64,000 nt of DNA. It comes from an uncultured Verrucomicrobiae bacterium. Its GTDB lineage: Bacteria; Verrucomicrobiota; Verrucomicrobiia; Chthoniobacterales; UBA10450. Numbering within the stretch: position 1 is the stretch's first letter; every line of letters starts with the position of its first letter. The DNA lies in the NCBI GenBank assembly GCA_963815455.1, contig CAWFGO010000001.1:1088001-1152000 (forward strand). The letters are read 5' to 3'. Below are positions 57,243 to 64,000 of this stretch, in pieces. The position numbers and the translations under genes are program-made. The notes below the pieces were generated by a model, which saw only the letters and a list, made by a program, of their open reading frames with translations, made no database searches and was not told the DNA's origin.

Positions 57243-57998
57243 TTACCGAAGGCCTCCGGCGATTCGCAGCGTCTCGCCAGTAATGTATCGAGCATCCGAA
57301 GACGCGAGAAAAACCGCGGCTGGAGCAATGTCGTCGGGCTGACCGATCCGGCCAAGCGGGGTCTGCTGCTCCACATTTTTGCGGAACTCGCCTTCGTTGA
57401 AACCGGCGGAGACCACGCCTTCGGTTTCCACCATGCCTGGATTGATGGCGTTGACGCGAATTTTCCGCGGACCGAGTTCCTTGGCCAGCGTCCGGGTAAT
57501 TCCGTCCACGGCGGCCTTGGTGCCAGTATAGACCGACGAGGCCGGCGGAGTCAGCGACGTAACCGCCGAACTGATATTGATGATACTTCCGCCGTCAGAA
57601 CCGAAGTGTTTGACGGCTTCCTGGGTAGCCAGGAGCAGGCCAAGAACATTCACGTCGAAATGCCTGTGGAAATGTTCCTCGGTGATTTCTTCCAGCGGCG
57701 CGAATTCGTAAATGCCTGCGTTGTTGACCAGGATGTCGATCCTGCCGAACGCTTTCTTTGCCGCTGAAAAGAGCTGTTCGACGTCCGCCTTCTTGGCCAC
57801 GTTTGCCTGGATGGCAACGGCTTTGCCGCCGCGTTTGGCAATTTCGTCCACGACCTTATCCGCACCTTCCTTCGAGGAAGAGTAATTGACCACGACCGCT
57901 GCCCCTTCGGCGGCGAGATGTTTGGCGATGTCGGCGCCGATTCCCTTTGAGGCGCCCGTTACCACCGCTACCTGACCGGCAAGTTTCTTGTTGTTCAT
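57243..57998 (-). CDS. Short-chain dehydrogenase/reductase
   Basis: Motifs TGASKGIG, NNAG, YTGTK and NPG. Confidence 0.93.
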   Translation of the reverse strand: MNNKKLAGQVAVVTGASKGIGADIAKHLAAEGAAVVVNYSSSKEGADKVVDEIAKRGGKAVAIQANVAKKADVEQLFSAAKKAFGRIDILVNNAGIYEFAPLEEITEEHFHRHFDVNVLGLLLATQEAVKHFGSDGGSIINISSAVTSLTPPASSVYTGTKAAVDGITRTLAKELGPRKIRVNAINPGMVETEGVVSAGFNEGEFRKNVEQQTPLGRIGQPDDIAPAAVFLASSDARYITGETLRIAGGLR

Positions 57999-58043
57999 TG
58001 TGTTCCTTTCTTTGTTTGTTTTTCGAAGAATTCTTTTTCGGTC

Positions 58044-58388
58044 TCAGCACGCAGCGGCGAACTCGTACTGCGCGAAAATCGACGGTGTTACGATTTTATC
58101 GTTCGTCGTGTTCGCCGGCTCGAGTCCCAGCGTCGCGATGTGCGCCTCGACCAGATCAGGCAGAAACAAATGCGGGAAAAATGAAAGATCCCACGCCTTT
58201 GCCTCTTCCTCGTCGAGGACCAGCCGGATGATTTCGCCGAGACCCGGATAGGTCTGTTCGTAATCGCGCTGGAGTTGCTCTTTCAGTTCCGCCACTGCGG
58301 CGGTCAGTTTCTGGAGGAAAACTGCTGCTGCTTCAGAATGCTCTTCAGTTTTCATGAGGTTGGTTTCTGGTTGAGGGTTTTGTATCAT
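58044..58388 (-). CDS. Hypothetical protein
   Basis: Helical ORF lying between tetR and the SDR gene in the same orientation. Confidence 0.55.
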   Translation of the reverse strand: MIQNPQPETNLMKTEEHSEAAAVFLQKLTAAVAELKEQLQRDYEQTYPGLGEIIRLVLDEEEAKAWDLSFFPHLFLPDLVEAHIATLGLEPANTTNDKIVTPSIFAQYEFAAAC

Positions 58389-58475
58389 CGTAAAAGGAGG
58401 GGGATTTGATCGTGTCCTGTCGGGTGCGCGAATGAGACGAGGGCGAAGAAGTTCATGGTTCTCTTTCTGGATTAA

Positions 58476-58492
58476 ACCGACCAGTCGGTATG
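58476..58492. promoter_or_regulatory. TetR operator-like palindrome (copy 1)
   Basis: ACCGAC-CA-GTCGGT-ATG. Confidence 0.65.
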
Positions 58493-58518
58493 ACTCCTGC
58501 CATAAAAAAATAACATTG

Positions 58519-59124
58519 TTAGGGTCGCAAACTGTCCAAATAGTCGAAGAGGCCCTGGCTCGACTGCGCCATCAATTCCTTGCTTTGCGCGTTCTTGGCC
58601 GTGCCCACGATCCCTGCTTGTGCCGCCACTATGAATGCGGCCGCTTTCGCCGGAGCAACGTTTTTCCTTACCTTGCCCGCCTTGATTCCACGGACGAACG
58701 CGGCCGCGATAGAGTCTCGCCATGCGCCATAAATCTGTTCCAGGGATTTCCGGAATTTCTCATCCAGGGGCGACATCTCCTGGGCCAGGTTGTTCAGTGG
58801 GCACCCATGCTCGAGCTGCCCATTCGTGAGCTCGGTGGTCAGGCATTGGCGAAAAAGCCGTTTCAAATCGGTAATGGGATCGGTTGACCGGGCCAGAGGA
58901 TCCGACCAGCGCTCCTTGAGATGAGGGTAAATGACTTCTCTCACCACCGCGTAACCCAAATCGTTCTTGCCCCGGAAATGATGAAACAACGCGCCCTTGG
59001 TCGTTCCCGCTCCGTCCACAATGCGATTAATGCTGCTACCCTGGAATCCGTTCCTGTAAAACTCGTCGAATGCCGCTTCAAGAATTTGGCGGCGGGTTTT
59101 CTCGGAGTTTCTGGTTGCTTTCAT
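58519..59124 (-). CDS. TetR/AcrR-family regulator
   Basis: HTH motif TKGALFHHFRGK; C-terminal GCPLNNLAQEMS. Confidence 0.93.
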   Translation of the reverse strand: MKATRNSEKTRRQILEAAFDEFYRNGFQGSSINRIVDGAGTTKGALFHHFRGKNDLGYAVVREVIYPHLKERWSDPLARSTDPITDLKRLFRQCLTTELTNGQLEHGCPLNNLAQEMSPLDEKFRKSLEQIYGAWRDSIAAAFVRGIKAGKVRKNVAPAKAAAFIVAAQAGIVGTAKNAQSKELMAQSSQGLFDYLDSLRP

Positions 59125-59136
59125 TGAGGATTATCA

Positions 59137-59155
59137 ATACAGACCAGTCGGTATG
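59137..59155. promoter_or_regulatory. TetR operator-like palindrome (copy 2) in the tetR promoter
   Basis: ATACAGAC-CA-GTCGGTAT, next to TTGACT (-35) on the minus strand. Confidence 0.7.
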
Positions 59156-59251
59156 TAGTCAAGTTCAAAGTTTGCTAAAATCCGGGGTGCCCTGGTTTCA
59201 GAAACGGTTCGGTGAAGATTCACCAGCGCCTTCTACAATAACGCGAAGGGA

Positions 59252-60070
59252 TCAACCAAACCGGCCGGTGATGTAATCCTCGGTTCTCTTTTCCGTCGGG
59301 CGCGAGAAAATCTTGTCAGTCGGGCCGAACTCGATTAGGCGGCCGAGATAGAAGAAGGCGGTGTGATTCGAGCAACGGCCGGCCTGTTGCATATTGTGAG
59401 TGACGATCACAATGGTGTAGTTGGCGCTCAGGCCGTGGATCAGCTCCTCGATCTTGGCCGTGGCGATCGGATCGAGCGCGGAACAGGGCTCGTCCATCAG
59501 GACCACCTCCGGCTCGACGGCCAGCGCGCGGGCAACGCATAAACGCTGTTGCTGACCGCCGGATAGCCCGAAGGCGTTGGATTCGAGCCGATCTTTGACC
59601 TCGTCCCATAGCGCGGAGGCGCGCAGGCTTTTTTCCACCGCTTCATCGATCAACGATCGCTTCGTCACCCCCGCGATGCGCAATCCGTAAGCGATGTTTT
59701 CGTAAATCGATTTCGGGAATGGATTCGATTTTTGGAACACCATCCCGACCCTTCGGCGAAGATCGACAACGTCCACCTCCGGAGCGTTGATGTCGATGTT
59801 ATCCAGTCTAATTGAGCCCCGAGTGATCCCGGCGCCGTCGATAAGGTCGTTCATCCGATTGATGCACCGGAGCAACGTCGTTTTACCGCAGCCCGATGGG
59901 CCGATAAAAGCCGTGACGGCCCGCGGCGGGATTTCGATTTTTACGTCGAAAAGGACCTGATTTTTACCGTAAGCGAAATCGAGATCGCAGATGTCGATCG
60001 CGACTTCGCGTTCCTGTTCTTCGGGCACAGGGTTGGGTTGGCGAATAAATTGCGATTCGGTTTCGGGCAT
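59252..60070 (-). CDS. pstB: Phosphate ABC transporter ATP-binding protein
   Basis: Motifs [32 protein letters not shown] and YITGRFG. Confidence 0.97.
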   Translation of the reverse strand: MPETESQFIRQPNPVPEEQEREVAIDICDLDFAYGKNQVLFDVKIEIPPRAVTAFIGPSGCGKTTLLRCINRMNDLIDGAGITRGSIRLDNIDINAPEVDVVDLRRRVGMVFQKSNPFPKSIYENIAYGLRIAGVTKRSLIDEAVEKSLRASALWDEVKDRLESNAFGLSGGQQQRLCVARALAVEPEVVLMDEPCSALDPIATAKIEELIHGLSANYTIVIVTHNMQQAGRCSNHTAFFYLGRLIEFGPTDKIFSRPTEKRTEDYITGRFG

Positions 60071-60081
60071 CCTTATTAAGC

Positions 60082-61104
60082 TCACCATGATAAGCGTCTC
60101 CGGTATCGGTCGCGCAACAGAATCGAGCCGAGCGCGATCAACATCACTAACCCAAGAAAGACAAACGCGGCGCCGTACTGGACCCGCTCGGTATATTCGT
60201 TCTGCGGGATTTTCGAACTGACGACGTAAATGTGATACGGTAACGCCATCACACCCTGGAAAAAGAAATCGGTCCAACGGCCGACGTGCCATGGCATTTC
60301 GTCACGCATGGCGTAAGCCGCTGTGAACATGATCGGCGCGGTCTCGCCCGCAACTCGCGCAATGCCGAGGATCGACGAAGTCAGGATTCCGGGACCGGCG
60401 TATGGCAACACGTTTTTTCGAATGGTCTGCCATTTGGTCGCGCCGAGGGCGAGCGATCCTTCGCGCAATCCCTGGGGCACGGCCCGCAACGATTCTTCGC
60501 TGGCGGTGATAATGGCGGGAAGCACCATCAGCCCGAGCGTAAACCAGCCGGCCAGGAGCGACACGTTCCAGCCGAAAAAAATCACGAACAGTCCGAACCC
60601 GAACAATCCGAAAACAATGGAAGGCACGCCGGCCAGGTTCAGGATGGCGACGCGAATCAGGCGAATCAACGGCCCGTTCCGGCTGTATTCGCTCAGGTAA
60701 ATCGCACTGCTGATTCCGACGAAAAGCGCCAACGCCATCGAGCCGATCACCAGCAGCGCGGTACCAACGATGCAGGGCCAGATTCCGCCGGCCGAATAAG
60801 CGATCGTCGTAACATCGACATCTCCCGGGTGCGTCGTTTTCCAGGCCCGAAATTCCTGATCGCTCAGTTCCATTTTCTTGCCGTGATAATCGAATACGTA
60901 AAGTGTTTGGGGCCATTCGGTGAGAAATTTCACGTTCACGAACGGCGCGGTTTTGGTAAACACGGTCCGCCCGCCTTTGATCGCGATATCGAGAAAAATG
61001 TAAGTGGCGCAGGCGAGCACGAAGTAGGTGGCGAGCCGGAACGCCAAAAACATTCCACGTTCGAAAAGGCGAACGCGTTCTTGACGTGAAGCGAGCGCGA
61101 TCAT
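60082..61104 (-). CDS. pstA: Phosphate ABC transporter permease
   Basis: Motifs [29 protein letters not shown] and RVAGETAP. Confidence 0.95.
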   Translation of the reverse strand: MIALASRQERVRLFERGMFLAFRLATYFVLACATYIFLDIAIKGGRTVFTKTAPFVNVKFLTEWPQTLYVFDYHGKKMELSDQEFRAWKTTHPGDVDVTTIAYSAGGIWPCIVGTALLVIGSMALALFVGISSAIYLSEYSRNGPLIRLIRVAILNLAGVPSIVFGLFGFGLFVIFFGWNVSLLAGWFTLGLMVLPAIITASEESLRAVPQGLREGSLALGATKWQTIRKNVLPYAGPGILTSSILGIARVAGETAPIMFTAAYAMRDEMPWHVGRWTDFFFQGVMALPYHIYVVSSKIPQNEYTERVQYGAAFVFLGLVMLIALGSILLRDRYRRRLSW

Positions 61105-61105
61105 G

Positions 61106-62587
61106 TCAGCCAATGCTCATCCGGTAACGGGTGACGAAACGTTGGGCGAGATAGTTGATTCCCAGGGTCAGCATGAACAACACCAGGCCGACCATGAACA
61201 GGGCGCGATAATGAATACTGCCGCGGACCACTTCGCCCATTTCCTGGGCGATGATGCCGGTCATGGTGTGGACCGGTTGAAAAAAGGCGCCCAGTCCCTG
61301 GGTGAAATCGGGGATGGCAATCCGGTTTCCGGCACACAGCAGGACGACCATGGTCTCGCCAATGACGCGGCCCAGGCCGAGCAAGGCCGCCGACACGATT
61401 CCGGAAAGCGACGCCGGCACCAGCACTCGCACGATCGTTTGCAGCCGGTTCGCGCCTAAAGCGTAAGACGCTTCCTTGAATCCCCGCGGCACATTCTGCA
61501 GCGCGTCTTCCGACAGCGTAAAGATTGTCGGCACAGCCATCAGCGCGAGCAAACAACCCGCCGTGAAAATGTTCAGGCGCTCCTCGATTGGGAAAAAAGG
61601 CACCCAGCTCAGGAAAGCCATTCGCGACAGGGCACGAATCGTTTCCCCAAACACGGCGATACCGAAAAATCCGAGCACCACCGATGGAATAGCGGAGATG
61701 AATTCGATGTACGGTTTGATGAAGCTTTTCTCGCCGCGACCCGCGACTTCGCTCACATAAATCGCCGCAGCGACGCCGAACGGTACCGCGATAACCAGGG
61801 CGACCGCCGCCACCAGTATCGACCCAACAAAGAGCGGAATGATCCCGTACCAATCCTGCCAGAAACTCGCGGTGATCCATGCCGTGCCGAAAAGAAACGA
61901 GGTTACCGCGCGATAGCCGGCCACCGGTTTATTAGGATTCCACTGATGCAGCTCTTGTGAGGCGGCATGAAGCTGAGTCAAATATTCACGGGCGTTGGCT
62001 TTCCATTTCGCGAAAGCCGCCTCCGCGCTCGCGCCTGACAATTTCGGCGCGTTCTCGATGAGGTTGTCGATCTTCTCCCTCATCTCCGGCGCGATTTGAT
62101 CGAACCGTGTTTCGGCAGAGCGCAGTGGCGTCAGATCGACGGTTGTATTCGGCGAAGCGATGATCCTTTCGCGCAAAGCGACGGCTTCATCATTCGCATC
62201 GGAAAGAAGAGCGTTTAACCCGTCGCCCGAGTCACTGAATGCATTGGCGAATTGGTCGAAAGCGGTCAGCGCCGCGGGATCACTTTCCTGTAAACGAATC
62301 TGGCTCAGCTCCCGCGACAAAGCGGCGTGCTGCTCGGCCTGGGCGCGAATGATGCCCACATATTCGAGACCGGCTCGGCGATAGAGCCGCAGATTATTGA
62401 GATTCTCGCCAAAGAAGCCGAAGCCTTCGCGAAACAGGAAAATAGTGATGAGCGCGAGCACCACAATCGCGACCAATGCGTTGCTGCCGAAGAACGCTTT
62501 GATCGCGCGTTCGGAAGCGATCCGGCGCGATCGCGACACGGCCTGGTTGCCGGGCACAAAAGATGAAGCGGGAGCGATGGCTTCCAC
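61106..62587 (-). CDS. pstC: Phosphate ABC transporter permease with a large N-terminal soluble insertion (start uncertain)
   Basis: Motifs [28 protein letters not shown] and [10 protein letters not shown]. Confidence 0.93.
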   Translation of the reverse strand: MEAIAPASSFVPGNQAVSRSRRIASERAIKAFFGSNALVAIVVLALITIFLFREGFGFFGENLNNLRLYRRAGLEYVGIIRAQAEQHAALSRELSQIRLQESDPAALTAFDQFANAFSDSGDGLNALLSDANDEAVALRERIIASPNTTVDLTPLRSAETRFDQIAPEMREKIDNLIENAPKLSGASAEAAFAKWKANAREYLTQLHAASQELHQWNPNKPVAGYRAVTSFLFGTAWITASFWQDWYGIIPLFVGSILVAAVALVIAVPFGVAAAIYVSEVAGRGEKSFIKPYIEFISAIPSVVLGFFGIAVFGETIRALSRMAFLSWVPFFPIEERLNIFTAGCLLALMAVPTIFTLSEDALQNVPRGFKEASYALGANRLQTIVRVLVPASLSGIVSAALLGLGRVIGETMVVLLCAGNRIAIPDFTQGLGAFFQPVHTMTGIIAQEMGEVVRGSIHYRALFMVGLVLFMLTLGINYLAQRFVTRYRMSIG

Positions 62588-62633
62588 AGTCTCCCACGAT
62601 CTGAAACCCACCCGGCAGCGGCAACGCAATTAG

Positions 62634-62699
62634 TGTTACGTTTCTGTGACAAGACCGCGCCGTGACATGCTCGTCACGCGATCTTGACAATTCGTAACC
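62634..62699. promoter_or_regulatory. Divergent Pho-box-like arrays
   Basis: Minus strand: GTCACA and GTAACA (62650, 62639). Plus strand: GTGACA 62662, GTCACG 62673, TTGACA 62684, GTAACC 62694. Confidence 0.7.
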
Positions 62700-62736
62700 T
62701 GACCCGGCCTCCGGACCATTCTATGGAACGCTCAAC

Positions 62737-62949
62737 ATGACAACGCTCATTGAAAAGAAAAAGGCGATCGCGCGGTTGCCAAACCAAAGACCACTAAATC
62801 GCCGGTCGTTCCGGGACATCAGCCGGCGCTACCTGGCAAAGGAAAAAGACTTGGAATTCGTGATTGAAGCACTGCTTTTCGCGATAATAGTGGCCATCTC
62901 AGCCTGGCCGATTCTCGCAGTCGTTGATGCGCTAAATCGTTCCATCTAG
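62737..62949 (+). CDS. Small hypothetical membrane protein (70 aa)
   Basis: Basic N-terminus and a TM (FVIEALLFAIIVAISAWPILAV); downstream of the hexamer array. Confidence 0.55.
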   Translation: MTTLIEKKKAIARLPNQRPLNRRSFRDISRRYLAKEKDLEFVIEALLFAIIVAISAWPILAVVDALNRSI

Positions 62950-62956
62950 GACACCA

Positions 62957-63469
62957 TTAAGCCACTTCGGCCATCCGTTGTCGATCCAGCCAGACTTTGC
63001 AGATACTCTTGATCCGGGTGAGGACGTAGTAGGTGGTCTGGCTGCGGATGCGGACCAATTCCGCGCCGACGATCCGGGTGACGAAATCGGCCGGCAGATC
63101 GAGAATTTCCTGCGGGGTGGAACCTTCGAGGCCTTTGCAAAGAATCGCCGTCATCGCGCGGGTGAGCGTCTGCACTTCCGGGCCGAGCGTGATCCGGATG
63201 TGCGCTTTGCCCTTCGCATCGACATGGAGATAGACGCCGACCGTGTCGGCGCATTCTTCGTCCTTGCGAACATCGACCAGCTCGAATTTTTCACCCTCCC
63301 GCGGCTCTTGTTTCTTCGCGTTGTCCGCATACGAGACCAGCGTTTCGCGCCGCTCATCGTCAGGCAGCGATTCGAACAGGTTGATGATCTTGTTTAGTTT
63401 GTCCGGATAGTTTCCGCCGGAACCCGGCGCCGAACCCGCCTCATCCAGCTTCCGGCAATCTTTGCTCAT
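62957..63469 (-). CDS. SufE-family Fe-S assembly protein
   Basis: EECADTV Cys, LCKGLEGSTPQEILDLP and RIRSQ. Confidence 0.75.
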   Translation of the reverse strand: MSKDCRKLDEAGSAPGSGGNYPDKLNKIINLFESLPDDERRETLVSYADNAKKQEPREGEKFELVDVRKDEECADTVGVYLHVDAKGKAHIRITLGPEVQTLTRAMTAILCKGLEGSTPQEILDLPADFVTRIVGAELVRIRSQTTYYVLTRIKSICKVWLDRQRMAEVA

Positions 63470-63476
63470 GTACCGC

Positions 63477-63935
63477 TCACACGCCTTTCTCGATCGGCAC
63501 GTCGGAGGCCTGAAAGTAGATGACGCGCCACTGGCCGTTACTTCGTCGATAGACTTTCGTGAACTGCCAGTTGTCGTCGATTGCCTGTCCATTCAACGTG
63601 CGGGAGCGTTTCAGACGGCCGGTTACCAGGGCCATATCTCCATACATTCGCACCTGAACATTGCTGGTTGCGTAGCTTTCAAACTTCATCCGACCCGAAC
63701 GCGCAAATGCGAGCACGTCCGCTTTTTTCATCACCGGCATTTTGGGCACGACGACTTCCAAGTCATCGCTCCAAAGCTGCTCCAGAGCGGCGGCATCGCC
63801 CTTCAAATGCGCTTCGTTCCAGACTTGCTCCAATCGCATTAGTTCGGCCGTTTCGTCTGCGGCGCCGACCGAGGTCGCAATGGAAAGACAAAGGAATGTC
63901 CCAAGGAGGATCGAGATCGGCTTTGTTTCGCTCAT
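63477..63935 (-). CDS. Exported NTF2-like (DUF4440) protein
   Basis: Signal peptide; LEQVWNEA...GD, VRMYGDMALVTG and FTKVY...WRV. Confidence 0.85.
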   Translation of the reverse strand: MSETKPISILLGTFLCLSIATSVGAADETAELMRLEQVWNEAHLKGDAAALEQLWSDDLEVVVPKMPVMKKADVLAFARSGRMKFESYATSNVQVRMYGDMALVTGRLKRSRTLNGQAIDDNWQFTKVYRRSNGQWRVIYFQASDVPIEKGV

Positions 63936-63973
63936 TATTATGAGTAGGACATTGCTGCGTGTTGCCTGCTTCG

Positions 63974-64000
63974 GCAGGCGGGACGCCCGCCGGCCCCACA
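63974..64000. repeat. Family-B palindromic element truncated by the window end
   Basis: gcaggcgggacgcccgccggccccaca resembles 33510-33536. Confidence 0.6.

Overview
A GC-rich bacterial chromosomal segment, most likely from a soil Verrucomicrobiota (Chthoniobacterales / Ca. Udaeobacter-like). This assignment is inferred from PEP-CTERM and dockerin-type C-termini and the repeat families, and was not verified. Positions 1-17.6 kb hold housekeeping genes (rnc, thiD, gatCA, rlmI-like, purC, ccsA, mazG, secG, tRNA-Thr). Positions 17.6-53 kb and 59-63 kb form a phosphate-starvation supercluster: porin-pstS, plcP, phoX, two orphan PhoB-like regulators, two phosphoesterases, a PEP-CTERM protein with a PstS/DING-like protein, and pstCAB. 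Nearly every transcription unit there is preceded by arrays of G(T/C)(C/A/T)AC(A/C/G) hexamers at 11-bp period (Pho-box-like). The core of the cluster is a 21.5-kb operon: FhaC/TpsB, a DUF2341-LamG-ExbB fusion, ExbD, TonB, a porin, a coiled-coil protein, a ~3800-aa filamentous-haemagglutinin protein, a TMTC-like GT-C/TPR glycosyltransferase and a Sel1 protein. This is the best candidate for a poorly described system. Several families of short palindromic elements are scattered through the window, some inserted in frame inside genes. Four genes carry single +1 frameshifts that may be sequencing errors. No transposase, integrase, phage or CRISPR array was seen. Product calls come from motif recognition by eye, not database searches.
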